Assembly: GCA_945876435.1 (NCBI GenBank)
Contig: CAMCOD010000001.1
Coordinates: 19,372-83,371 of the forward strand
DNA length: 64,000 nt
Direction: 5' to 3'
DNA from: an uncultured Clostridia bacterium
GTDB lineage: Bacteria; Bacillota; Clostridia; Oscillospirales; Ruminococcaceae
The notes beneath the pieces are model-generated. The model was not told where the DNA came from. It made no database searches and worked only from the letters and a program-made list of their open reading frames with translations. This document shows, in pieces, positions 9,575 to 19,238 of the stretch. The position numbers were made by a program, and so were the translations under genes. The number at the start of each line of letters is the position of its first letter. Position 1 is the stretch's first letter.

Positions 9575-11272
9575 ATGAGCTACATGGATAAATATCATAT
9601 CTGGAGATCCGTTAAAATGGAAGACCCTGCTCTGTCTGCTGAACTGGAAGCGATCCAAAACGATAAAAAGGAAATTATGGAGCGCTTTTACAAAGATCTG
9701 GAGTTCGGGACCGCCGGTCTCCGCGGTATTTTGGGTGTGGGTACCAACCGCATGAACATTTATACCGTCCGTTTGGCGACTCAGGCAATGTCGGACTACC
9801 TGAACAACTCGGATGAAGCCAAAACCGTTGCCATCGGTTACGACAGCCGCATCAACAGCCAGCTTTTTGCCAAAGAAACTGCCTGTGTGTTCGCCGCCAA
9901 CGGCATCCAGGTCCACCTCTACGCCGAGCTGATGCCGGTTCCCTGCGTATCCTATGCTGTACGCCAGTTAAACTGTGGTGCCGGTATTATGATCACAGCC
10001 AGCCATAACCCTGCCAAGTACAATGGTTACAAGGCCTACGGCCCGGATGGCTGCCAGCTTAATCCGGAAGCCGCCGCGAAAGTGCTGGAATACGCGGGCA
10101 AAACCGACATCTTTACTGGTGTAAAACATATTTCCTTTGAAGAAGGTCTTGCCAACGGCAGCATTCAGTACATTCCGGAAAGCCTTATCCAGGCTTTCCT
10201 GGACAAGGTCTACAGCCTCCGTGTAAATAAGGAAGCTTCCGCTGACCTTCACGTTGTTTACACCCCTCTCAACGGTGCCGGAAATCGTTGCGTCCGTACC
10301 ATTCTGGATCGGATGAATGTCCGCACCACCGTTGTCCCCGAACAGGAGAAGCCTGACGGCAACTTCCCAACCTGTACCTACCCCAATCCGGAAGAAAAGG
10401 CGACTTTGGAACTGGGCATTGAACTTTGCAAAAAGGAAGGCGCCGATCTGGTGCTGGCCACTGACCCGGACTGCGACCGCGTAGGCTGCGCAGTCAATCA
10501 CCATGGCCAGTTCATTCTGCCTACCGGCAACGAAGTGGGCGTTCTTATGCTGGATTACATCTGCCGCTGCCGCAAGGAACAGGGCACCCTGCCTCAAAAT
10601 CCGATAGCGGTAAAATCTATCGTGTCCACCCCTTTGGCTGATGAAGTAGCAAAATACTACGGCGTTCAGGTGATCAACGTGCTTACCGGCTTTAAATATA
10701 TTGGTGAGCAGGTTTCTCTGCTTGCGGACAAGGGCGAACAGGATCGTTTCCTGCTGGGCTTTGAAGAAAGCTATGGCTATATGACCGGCGACCATGTTCG
10801 GGACAAGGACGGCGTCAACGGTGCCATGATGATCTGCGAAATGGCCCAGTACTATAAGCAGAAAAACATGACCCTGATTGACGCGCTGGAGGAGATTTTC
10901 GCCCGTCACGGTATTTACAACGCCCAGGTCAAAGGCTACAGCTTCGAAGGCGCGGACGGTATGGAGAAGATGAAGACCATTATGGCACAGCTGCGTCAGA
11001 ATCCGCTGCGGGAGCTTGCCGGCTATCCGGTCATCGGCTATGCGGATTATCAGTCCGGCAAACGCAGGGCAGAGGGTGTGGAGTCCGATATCGGCCTGCC
11101 TCTGGCCAATATTCTGGAGTATAATCTGGAACAAAATCTTAAGGTCATTATCCGCCCATCCGGTACCGAACCAAAAATCAAGGTTTATCTCACAATCGTC
11201 ACCAACGACCGTCAGCAGATTCCAGTGATCGCGCAGAATCTTTTTGCCGCTGTGGAAGAGCATTTGAAATAG
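9575..11272 (+). CDS. pgm: phosphoglucomutase/phosphomannomutase
   Basis: FGTAGLRG, catalytic TASHNP, DPDCDR metal loop, FEESYG, RPSGTEPKIK; ATG 9575 follows GGAGGG. Confidence 0.95.
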   Translation: MSYMDKYHIWRSVKMEDPALSAELEAIQNDKKEIMERFYKDLEFGTAGLRGILGVGTNRMNIYTVRLATQAMSDYLNNSDEAKTVAIGYDSRINSQLFAKETACVFAANGIQVHLYAELMPVPCVSYAVRQLNCGAGIMITASHNPAKYNGYKAYGPDGCQLNPEAAAKVLEYAGKTDIFTGVKHISFEEGLANGSIQYIPESLIQAFLDKVYSLRVNKEASADLHVVYTPLNGAGNRCVRTILDRMNVRTTVVPEQEKPDGNFPTCTYPNPEEKATLELGIELCKKEGADLVLATDPDCDRVGCAVNHHGQFILPTGNEVGVLMLDYICRCRKEQGTLPQNPIAVKSIVSTPLADEVAKYYGVQVINVLTGFKYIGEQVSLLADKGEQDRFLLGFEESYGYMTGDHVRDKDGVNGAMMICEMAQYYKQKNMTLIDALEEIFARHGIYNAQVKGYSFEGADGMEKMKTIMAQLRQNPLRELAGYPVIGYADYQSGKRRAEGVESDIGLPLANILEYNLEQNLKVIIRPSGTEPKIKVYLTIVTNDRQQIPVIAQNLFAAVEEHLK

Positions 11273-11385
11273 AGAAAAATTTCTGAAAGCAAGAATTTAA
11301 GCCAAAGGAACCGGTTTTTGCCGGTTCCTTTGATTTTTTCCCGCTTTTTCTGAAAATTTCTCCGAAGTGGCTTGGACGTTCCGTC

Positions 11386-11413
11386 TTGAAACTGCAAATT
11401 TTTATGTTATAAT
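11386..11413 (+). promoter_or_regulatory. sigma-A promoter with extended -10 for the corA leader
   Basis: TTGAAA(11386-91)-16 bp-TATAAT(11408-13), with TG at 11405-06. Confidence 0.65.
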
Positions 11414-11497
11414 AAGACTGTTATAGAAATATCCAAGGGGTAAGTATGCCCCTGTCCCTTTTGTGGATTGAAATGGATTGAAATTGAGGTGAATGTA

Positions 11498-11566
11498 ATG
11501 AATCCTGACCCGTACAGTTGCTGTATGAAAAAATTTGACGGTCAGGGTTTTGCATTGGCTGCCTGA
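11498..11566 (+). CDS. leader peptide uORF (22 aa, MNPDPYSCCMKKFDGQGFALAA), MgtL-like, putative attenuator of corA
   Basis: RBS GAGGTG 11486-91, ATG 11498, TGA 11564-66; overlaps alternative helices that gate the corA SD (see findings). Confidence 0.7.
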   Translation: MNPDPYSCCMKKFDGQGFALAA

Positions 11567-11587
11567 CCATCTGAAAGAAGGTCGCCT

Positions 11588-12520
11588 ATGCTTAATTTCT
11601 ATAAAACAATCAACAATCGAATTGAAGAAATTCCCGCCCTGGAGGAAGGCTGTTGGGTAAGTGCTATTGCTCCCACAGCGGAAGAAATCTCGGTATTGGT
11701 AAAAAATCTGCATATTGACCCGGACTTTGTCCGTGCCGCATTGGATGAAGAAGAAGCTTCCCGTGTTGACAGCGATGATGACAACAATACGCTGGTCATT
11801 GTGGACGTGCCCATCGCCGAACAGGAAAAAGATGAGCATACCCGAGTTTTCTTTACCATGCCAATGGCCATTATTTACACCCCGCAGCAGATTGTCACCA
11901 TATCGCTGAAATCCAACACCATTATTGAGGAATTTCGCAACGGTGTGGTGAAAAATCTGCACACCAATCAGAAAACCCAGTTTCTGCTAAAATTGCTGCT
12001 GCGGATCGCCGGCCGTTTCCTGCAGTATCTGAAACAGATTGATAAGCTCTCCACCACCACAGAGAGCCTGCTTCATAAAATGATGCGTAATCAGGAGATC
12101 ATCCAGCTTCTCAGCCTGGAAAAATCCCTGGTTTACTTCTCTACTTCTCTAAAATCCAACGAAGTCACCCTGGAAAAGATCATGCGGGGACGCATCATCA
12201 AGCTGTACGAAGAAGATGAAGACCTGTTGGGCGATGTCATTATTGAGATCAAGCAGGCCATCGAGATGTGCAGCATCTACTCCAATACCCTTTCCGGTAC
12301 TATGGACGCCGTGTCCTCCATTATTTCCAACAACTTGAACAACGTGATGAAGGTTTTGACCTCACTGACCATTATTATGACCATTCCCAACATCATTTTT
12401 GGTATGTACGGCATGAACGTCAGCGGTCTTCCTTCCCCCACTTTCTTTACCGCTATGGCGGTAACGGCAGTTATCACGCTGATTGTCACGGTTATCCTGA
12501 TCCGAAAAGGCTTATTTTAA
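11588..12520 (+). CDS. corA: CorA family Mg2+ transporter
   Basis: Signature GMN motif (FGMYGMNV) between two C-terminal TM helices; SIISNNLNNVMKVLT. Confidence 0.95.
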   Translation: MLNFYKTINNRIEEIPALEEGCWVSAIAPTAEEISVLVKNLHIDPDFVRAALDEEEASRVDSDDDNNTLVIVDVPIAEQEKDEHTRVFFTMPMAIIYTPQQIVTISLKSNTIIEEFRNGVVKNLHTNQKTQFLLKLLLRIAGRFLQYLKQIDKLSTTTESLLHKMMRNQEIIQLLSLEKSLVYFSTSLKSNEVTLEKIMRGRIIKLYEEDEDLLGDVIIEIKQAIEMCSIYSNTLSGTMDAVSSIISNNLNNVMKVLTSLTIIMTIPNIIFGMYGMNVSGLPSPTFFTAMAVTAVITLIVTVILIRKGLF

Positions 12521-12653
12521 AAATTTTGCTTTGATTCAGACAAAAATTGCAGCCGTTATTTGCTGTTTGTCTGCGAATACTATTTTTGAAATTCCCGGTT
12601 TCGGCGATTTTGAATCGCCTGTTTGAATTTAACAACGTAAGGGGAGACCCATT

Positions 12654-13937
12654 TTGGAAAAATATATTATCGAAGGCGGCAACCGCCTCCACGGAGAGGT
12701 TGAGATCAGCGGCGCTAAAAACGCTGTTGTCGCTATTATTCCCGCCACCATTCTCGCCAAAGACCGTTGCGTCATTGAAAATGTTCCCAACATCAGCGAC
12801 GTGACCATTCTTTTCCGCATCCTCCGCGACCTTGGCGCAAAAGTCACTTATCTGACTAAAAACAGTGTGGAAATCGACACTTCTTATATAGCGGAGCCTG
12901 TTGTACCCTACGAATCCTCTCGCCATTTGCGTGCTTCTTATTACTTTTTAGGCGCCTTTCTGGGCCGCTTCAGCGAAGCTCATGTGTCCCCTCCAGGCGG
13001 CTGCAACTTCGGCGTCCGCCCCATTGACCAGCATATCAAGGGCTTTGAGGCCCTTGGCGCGGAAGTGACCACTGACTACGGCTTTATCCACGCCACCGCC
13101 AAAGAACTTTTCGGTTCCCATATTTATCTGGACGTCGTATCGGTGGGAGCTACCATCAATATCATGCTGGCTGCGGTAAAGGCAAAAGGTCTGACCATTC
13201 TGGAAAATGCCGCCAAAGAACCGCACATTGTTGACTTGGCCAATTTTCTCAACTCCATGGGCGCGGATATTCGCGGCGCAGGCACTGACGTGATCAAAAT
13301 TCACGGCGTTGATGTATTGCGCGGCACCACCTACTCCATTATCCCCGACCAAATCGAGGCCGGCACCTACATGACGATGGCGGCTGCTACCGGCGGCGAT
13401 GTTCTGATTAAAAACGTCATCCCCAAACATCTGGAATCCATCACAGACAAGCTCCTTCAGGCCGGCGTGGAAGTCACCGAATATGACGATGCCATCCGTA
13501 TCTGCCGCAATAAGCCTCTGAAGAAAGTCAATGTGAAAACCATGCCCCATCCGGGCTTCCCAACCGATATGCAGCCCCAGATGACCACCCTGCTGTCCAT
13601 CGCTCAGGGCACCAGCATTGTCACCGAAGGTGTCTGGGACAACCGCTTCAAATATGTGGACGAGCTTCGCCGCATGGGTGCCAAAATCCAGGTTGACGGC
13701 AAGGTTGCCGTGGTGGAGGGAATCCCTGAGCTGAAGGCTGCCCCGGTAAAAGCTACCGACCTTCGTGCCGGCGCCGCGCTGTTGCAGGCAGCTCTCTGCG
13801 CAAGAGGCATCTCTGAACTGGAGGATATTCACTATATCGAGCGAGGCTACGAGGATATTATTCCAAAACTGCAAAATCTGGGCGCGAAAATCAAAAAAGT
13901 AAGCACTCCGGATTCCATTCTCTCTCAGGCACAGTAA
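12654..13937 (+). CDS. murA: UDP-N-acetylglucosamine 1-carboxyvinyltransferase
   Basis: SGAKNA, PGGCNFGVRPIDQH, SVGATIN, PHPGFPTDMQ, DLRAGAAL; TTG start. Confidence 0.97.
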   Translation: MEKYIIEGGNRLHGEVEISGAKNAVVAIIPATILAKDRCVIENVPNISDVTILFRILRDLGAKVTYLTKNSVEIDTSYIAEPVVPYESSRHLRASYYFLGAFLGRFSEAHVSPPGGCNFGVRPIDQHIKGFEALGAEVTTDYGFIHATAKELFGSHIYLDVVSVGATINIMLAAVKAKGLTILENAAKEPHIVDLANFLNSMGADIRGAGTDVIKIHGVDVLRGTTYSIIPDQIEAGTYMTMAAATGGDVLIKNVIPKHLESITDKLLQAGVEVTEYDDAIRICRNKPLKKVNVKTMPHPGFPTDMQPQMTTLLSIAQGTSIVTEGVWDNRFKYVDELRRMGAKIQVDGKVAVVEGIPELKAAPVKATDLRAGAALLQAALCARGISELEDIHYIERGYEDIIPKLQNLGAKIKKVSTPDSILSQAQ

Positions 13938-14010
13938 CTGCTATGACCGGACAGGTCCTCCTGTCCGGTTTTTTCTTGCGAATCTTTGTTTTTCGGAAAG
14001 GAGACGTTGC

Positions 14011-14793
14011 ATGGATCTGATTTGCCCCTTGGGAAGCGGCAGCAGCGGCAACAGCACCCTGATCAAAGGGGGCGAAACCACCATTCTTGTGGATGCCGGT
14101 CTAAGCTGCAAAGCCATTTGCTCCGCTTTGGAGCAGATTGGCTCTCACTATGAGGAGCTGGACGCTATTCTGCTGACTCACGAACACTCCGATCATGTAA
14201 AAGCTCTTCCGGTACTGCTGAAAAAGCTGACCTGCCCGGTTTACGGCCCAGAGCCGGTGCTGGACTACCTGGGCCGCACCATGAAGATCCCCGCTCATAC
14301 GCCTCTGGTTCCTTTGCCGGAGGCCGCTTTCGCCGTCCATGATCTGGAAATTCTCTCTTTTTCCACGCCTCATGACAGCGTCAGCAGCGTGGGCTATCAA
14401 ATTGGGACTCCTGCCGGCAAGCGGCTGGCTGTTGCTACGGACCTTGGCCACATGACGGATGAGATTATGGACTATTTGTTTCCCTGCCAAGCTGTTTTGC
14501 TGGAATCCAACTATGACGACGGCATGCTTATGTGTTCTTCCTACCCGTATCCTCTGAAACGGCGCATCGCCTCTTCCATGGGCCATCTTTCCAACAGCGA
14601 CTGCGCCGCTGCCGCTGTCGCTTTGGCCCAAAACGGGCTCGAGCACCTGATTCTGGGTCACCTGAGCCAGAACAACAACCTGCCGGAGTTGGCTTTCCGC
14701 ACCACACATCTGGCGCTGGAACAGGCAGGCTGTCCCCCATTGGATTTGCAGGTAGCGCTGCGCAGCCAATGCAGCAAGCCCATTCTGCTGTAA
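14011..14793 (+). CDS. metallo-beta-lactamase-fold hydrolase (YycJ/WalJ-like)
   Basis: LGSGSSGNS, THEHSDH, LESNYD, GHLSN, GHLSQNNN; located between murA and rlmH. Confidence 0.9.
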   Translation: MDLICPLGSGSSGNSTLIKGGETTILVDAGLSCKAICSALEQIGSHYEELDAILLTHEHSDHVKALPVLLKKLTCPVYGPEPVLDYLGRTMKIPAHTPLVPLPEAAFAVHDLEILSFSTPHDSVSSVGYQIGTPAGKRLAVATDLGHMTDEIMDYLFPCQAVLLESNYDDGMLMCSSYPYPLKRRIASSMGHLSNSDCAAAAVALAQNGLEHLILGHLSQNNNLPELAFRTTHLALEQAGCPPLDLQVALRSQCSKPILL

Positions 14794-14803
14794 GGAGGTA
14801 CTT

Positions 14804-15286
14804 ATGTTAAAAATCGATCTTATCACCGTCGGCAAACTGAAAGAGGACTACCTTCGCAAAGCCTGCGAGGAGTATCAGAAGCGCCTTTCCTCCTACTGTC
14901 GGCTGAATATTCTGGAGCTTCCGGAAAGCAAGCTGCCGCAGGATCCTTCTCCTGCCCAAATCGCTGACTGCATTGAAAATGAGGGCCGCTCCATTCTGGC
15001 CAAGATCCCTCCTCAAAGCTATGTGATCTCCATGTGCATTGAAGGTGAGATGCTTTCGTCGCCTCAGCTGGCCCAGCGCTTGTCTGCTGCCGCTGTACAG
15101 GGCGCCAGCCATATTTCCGTTATCATCGGCGGCTCCTGGGGGCTTGCTCAGCAGGTGAAAAATCAATCCGCTCTCCGTCTCTCCATGTCCCGCATGACAT
15201 TTCCCCACCAGTTGGCCCGTGTTATGGTTCTGGAACAGCTTTACCGAGCCTGCTCCATCAACAATAACGCCAAATATCATAAGTAA
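14804..15286 (+). CDS. rlmH: 23S rRNA pseudouridine-1915 N3-methyltransferase RlmH
   Basis: VGKLKE, IIGGSWG, LSMSRMTFPHQLARVMVLEQLYRA, YHK C-terminus. Confidence 0.96.
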   Translation: MLKIDLITVGKLKEDYLRKACEEYQKRLSSYCRLNILELPESKLPQDPSPAQIADCIENEGRSILAKIPPQSYVISMCIEGEMLSSPQLAQRLSAAAVQGASHISVIIGGSWGLAQQVKNQSALRLSMSRMTFPHQLARVMVLEQLYRACSINNNAKYHK

Positions 15287-15512
15287 AACAGCCTTTTTCA
15301 CAGTAAAATTCTTAGTCTTTCTGCTCTTTTGCTGAAAAAGGGCCGGAACACGACAGACTTTTACAACCACTTATCCAAATTTTCAATTTTCGACTGCTTG
15401 ACTCTCGCTTTCAGCAGACTTTTGATTTATAATAAGGAGTGTGGAATTAGGTGAAGCCGGCTCCTGTGCGGAAGCCGCTTCGGACAACCATCAATGAGGA
15501 GGACGATTTCCC

Positions 15513-16679
15513 ATGGAAAATAAAGCACATGAAATTTCTATTCCCGTCGGCATGCTCAGCATTGTCAGCATGAGAGGCTGTGAAGATCTCTGCGCGAAAG
15601 TTGACGCTTACCTTGCCCAGTGGCGTGCTGCCCGCCACGGTGAACTGACCGCTGACGCTGATTTCAACGGTTATATTCGCGATACCTACCTGCTGAAAAC
15701 CAAATGCCCCCGCTTCGGCTCCGGTGAAGCCAAGGGTACAATTCTGGAATCTGCCCGTGGTCATGATATTTTCATTGTCTGCGATGTATTCAACTACGGC
15801 GTGACCTACGATATGTACGGCATGAAGGTTCCTATGAGCCCAGACGACCACTTCCAGGATGTAAAACGCGTTATCGCCGCTATCGGCGGTAAAGCTCGCC
15901 GCATCACTGTTATTATGCCAATGCTCTACGAAGGCCGCCAGCATAAACGCTCCACCCGCGAATCTCTGGACTGCGCTCTCTGCCTGCAGGAGCTGGTCAA
16001 CATGGGCGTTGAAAACATCATCACTTTCGACGCACACGACGCTCGCGTTCAGAATGCAATTCCGCTGAAAGGTTTCGAAAATGTTCAGCCTACCTACCAG
16101 TTCGTCAAAGCGCTGGTAAATCATGTTCCTGACCTTGACCTGAGCAATCTGATGATCATCTCCCCCGACGAGGGTGGTATGGGCCGCTGCATGTACTACT
16201 CCTCCGTACTTGGCGTTGATCTGGGTATGTTCTACAAACGCAGAGACTACTCTGTGATCGTGAACGGCCGCAACCCAATCGTCGCTCACGACTTCCTGGG
16301 TTCCGATGTTACCGGCAAAGACCTGATCGTTGTGGACGATATGATCTCCTCCGGCGATTCCGTACTGGATATCGGCGCAAAACTGAAAGCCGCCGGCGCA
16401 AGACGCATCTTCATCTGCACCACCTTCGGCCTGTTCTGCAATGGTCTGGAGAAATTCGATGCTGCCTACGAAAAAGGCCATATTACCAAAGTGTTTACCA
16501 CAAACCTGAACTACCGTCCCCAGGAATTGATCGACCGTCCATGGTATCAGGAAGTTGATATGTCCAAATATATCGCTTACCTGATCGATACCCTGAACAC
16601 TGATGATTCCATCAGCGACCTTCTGGATCCGGTTCATCGCATCAACAAGCTCCTCGTCGAAAAAGGACTCAAAAAATAA
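15513..16679 (+). CDS. prs: ribose-phosphate pyrophosphokinase
   Basis: FGSGE, LYEGRQHK, FDAH, SPDEGG, VVDDMISSGDS. Confidence 0.94.
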   Translation: MENKAHEISIPVGMLSIVSMRGCEDLCAKVDAYLAQWRAARHGELTADADFNGYIRDTYLLKTKCPRFGSGEAKGTILESARGHDIFIVCDVFNYGVTYDMYGMKVPMSPDDHFQDVKRVIAAIGGKARRITVIMPMLYEGRQHKRSTRESLDCALCLQELVNMGVENIITFDAHDARVQNAIPLKGFENVQPTYQFVKALVNHVPDLDLSNLMIISPDEGGMGRCMYYSSVLGVDLGMFYKRRDYSVIVNGRNPIVAHDFLGSDVTGKDLIVVDDMISSGDSVLDIGAKLKAAGARRIFICTTFGLFCNGLEKFDAAYEKGHITKVFTTNLNYRPQELIDRPWYQEVDMSKYIAYLIDTLNTDDSISDLLDPVHRINKLLVEKGLKK

Positions 16680-16688
16680 ACCATTTTG

Positions 16689-16717
16689 CTCCCCCGCGTT
16701 TGCGGGGGAGTTTTTTT
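16689..16717 (+). terminator. intrinsic terminator after prs
   Basis: CTCCCCCGC-GTTT-GCGGGGGAG followed by TTTTTTT. Confidence 0.85.
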
Positions 16718-16793
16718 GTCTACGAAAAAGGGCGAGCCCTCCTCGAACTCGCCCTTTTTCGGTTATAGATGAATAAAAAGAAGATATCAAATC

Positions 16794-19238
16794 CTACCAG
16801 GACACCCGAATCTGTTCTCCCTGATTGTTCACCAGAGGAGTTTTCTCCATACAAAGCAGCTCTGCTGCTGATTTGCCCTCCAGAACCTGCGGGCAATGCT
16901 GTTCACAGTAGGCTTTCATGGAGATGGCATCCTTATACACCGCTGCCTCTCTCCAATCAATATAAAAAGTGCCTTCCTCAAGAGAAACATACGGATCGGC
17001 CCATCCGCTGTTGATCAACGTCCATTCCTCATCGGTTAAAATGTAAGGAACCGAGAAATTTCCGCTCTCCGCCATGATTTGAGCCATAACGCTGCGGTCC
17101 AAATAGAATTCCAGCGTATACATTTCTTTGGAGTTGTCATTCTGGAAGTAAACCACCAAACCATACTGATTCCCGTAACCGTTGTATACGGTGGTCATTT
17201 TATCCGCCATACGGAGGATCAGCGCAGGATCGGTCACATCGGTATCGGAAACGTAATACTCATACGACTCAAAGCTTATGCCATCGTTGGAAGCAGATAC
17301 CCCCGGCAAATAACCCTTGTTCCAGCCCTGTATCACCTGTATGCTTTTGATGCTTCGGCAGCTTTCCTCCGTGATCTCCGGTTTGTAGCCCAGCTCCTCC
17401 AGAACCAGACGGGTATTGGTATCGTTCTGACGAACGGTGTAGTTCTGCGTGATGTCATAGTGGTACAGCTCTCCGCTTTCTTCGTAAATATCCTTGGGAT
17501 ATTTGGTCACAAAGGTGAGAACCGCCACCTCCCCATTGTTTTCTGTGTCCCGAAGAAGCTCCGGTGTGGCATTTTTCAGGTCATCCCGAATGGCGGACAG
17601 CAGTTTATCATAGCCTTCCGCCGGAATCTCGCCATCCCCCACCAGATTTCCCAGCTTATCGCTGATCTGCACCAGTTTCAAATAGCTTCCCTTCAGCTCA
17701 AAAAATGGGCTGTATTCGTTTAAAAACTCGTCGCAGTGCAGCAGCTCCAAAATTCGGTCTGCATTGTTGTTGCGGATGTCGATCCGGCGGTTCAGTTTAC
17801 CAAAATTTTTGTCATAGGACAGCCCAGCTCCGCACCAATAATTGCCCTCACCATCAATGGAGGCTTTATGGATCTCTGTGATCAGTTCAATGGTGTTTTC
17901 TTCGTCGAAAACATAATCGCTGTCGCTGCCATACAGTCCCCATTCGTTGCTTTCACTATATCCTTTAGCATAGGCATCGCTTTTTTTCGCGCCTGCCAAA
18001 CCATAGCTCAGCTCCAGAGTCACGGTTTTTACCTCAGAAGCCTCTGGAACCCGCTCATCATAGCCAAAACCATCGAAAGCAAAGTACAAACTTCCAGTCA
18101 AGGTAATGGCCAGCGCTGCGCACAAGTAAGGCAGACACTTTTTCATATTGTGGAAGCCTCTGTTGGTGATGGCTTCGATCACCAGATAAACCAGCGGCGC
18201 ACCGGTCAGGGCTCCAAAAGTAAAGAGAAAGCGGTTTTCCAGTCCCAGCATGGTGCCGAGAAGCCCACCAAAGAGGAAGGCGCCGATAATGGCAGACATC
18301 AGTTTTACCACAAAACCGATCAGGCTCTGCCTACCCCATTGCTCTGCCCGCTCACTCTGGCGGTTTTTATAAATCTTCATGGCCAGCCACAATGCTGCAA
18401 GCCCCAGAACCAGCCAGAACAGCAGCGGCAGCCAATTTGAAAGATCTCCGCCTTTCAGCGACAGCGCATATCCCTGCTCTGGGGTTCTTAACAGTCCCAG
18501 AATCGTTCTGGCTAAAGCAAATACCGGAGACAGATAGTACAGCAGATTAGCCAAATAAGGAGAAACTATTCTCCCATCAAAAATGGACGGATAGCTTGTA
18601 AAGACGGTGCTGCATGCCAGGTCCCAGATCAGCAGGATCAAGGAACCTTCCAGCAGCAGGGCCACTGTATAGCCCACGTTCTCTACTGCAGTGGCCACGG
18701 TCACTGCTACCATGGTACTAATAGCCAGAAGGACAAATGCGCCAATGGTCCAAGCCAAAACCTCCAGAGCGATCAGCTTCCACATCTGCCCGTAGTCAGC
18801 CATCGGTAAGAAAATTGGGTAAGCCAAAGCGGCGATCAGGCTGTTCAGCCAAATTGGAAGCACCAGATTCGTAAAACCGGCGGCAAAATTGGCGCTCAGC
18901 ATCACGCTTCGCTCCACCGGCATACTGTGAAAGAAGTCTGCCGAGCGCTTTCCATGCATATAGGCGTACAGAACCGCCGAAAATACCAATACCATAGCGC
19001 ACAGCAAAGCGCTGACCATGAAGGAAGTGACGGTCATCCGGGAAAGCAGCATGTTCATCCGGTCAGGATAATCCGGATAGCGATTTGCCATGCTGGCAGC
19101 CTCCTTAAACAGGATCAGCGGATAGCACAGGAACAGCAAAATCGTATAAATGGCTGTCCATCCTGCTGTTTTCTTGAGGGAAAAGCGGTATAGGAACAAG
19201 AACTGTTCTTTCTTAAAACAGGACATTGTTGTAGTCAT
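16794..19238 (-). CDS. ABC transporter permease with large extracytoplasmic C-terminal region
   Basis: About 10 TM helices, YMHGKRSADFFHSMPVER motif, then ~400 aa soluble tail; cotranscribed with ABC ATPase and GntR. Confidence 0.85.
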   Translation of the reverse strand: MTTTMSCFKKEQFLFLYRFSLKKTAGWTAIYTILLFLCYPLILFKEAASMANRYPDYPDRMNMLLSRMTVTSFMVSALLCAMVLVFSAVLYAYMHGKRSADFFHSMPVERSVMLSANFAAGFTNLVLPIWLNSLIAALAYPIFLPMADYGQMWKLIALEVLAWTIGAFVLLAISTMVAVTVATAVENVGYTVALLLEGSLILLIWDLACSTVFTSYPSIFDGRIVSPYLANLLYYLSPVFALARTILGLLRTPEQGYALSLKGGDLSNWLPLLFWLVLGLAALWLAMKIYKNRQSERAEQWGRQSLIGFVVKLMSAIIGAFLFGGLLGTMLGLENRFLFTFGALTGAPLVYLVIEAITNRGFHNMKKCLPYLCAALAITLTGSLYFAFDGFGYDERVPEASEVKTVTLELSYGLAGAKKSDAYAKGYSESNEWGLYGSDSDYVFDEENTIELITEIHKASIDGEGNYWCGAGLSYDKNFGKLNRRIDIRNNNADRILELLHCDEFLNEYSPFFELKGSYLKLVQISDKLGNLVGDGEIPAEGYDKLLSAIRDDLKNATPELLRDTENNGEVAVLTFVTKYPKDIYEESGELYHYDITQNYTVRQNDTNTRLVLEELGYKPEITEESCRSIKSIQVIQGWNKGYLPGVSASNDGISFESYEYYVSDTDVTDPALILRMADKMTTVYNGYGNQYGLVVYFQNDNSKEMYTLEFYLDRSVMAQIMAESGNFSVPYILTDEEWTLINSGWADPYVSLEEGTFYIDWREAAVYKDAISMKAYCEQHCPQVLEGKSAAELLCMEKTPLVNNQGEQIRVSW

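Noticed and set aside
11464-11490. ATTGAAA repeats resembling CRISPR repeat 3' ends
   Set aside because: Only two adjacent 10-mers, no spacers and no cas genes.
11420-11587. M-box (ykoK) Mg2+ riboswitch upstream of corA
   Set aside because: The conserved M-box core (e.g. GTTAGGTGAGGCTCCT) is absent; the leader is better explained by the uORF and alternative helices.
15440-15512. TTAGGTGAAGCCGGCTCCTG upstream of prs resembling an M-box or PRPP (ykkC) riboswitch start
   Set aside because: The leader is too short and the remaining consensus elements are missing; it folds as a single ~9-bp hairpin.
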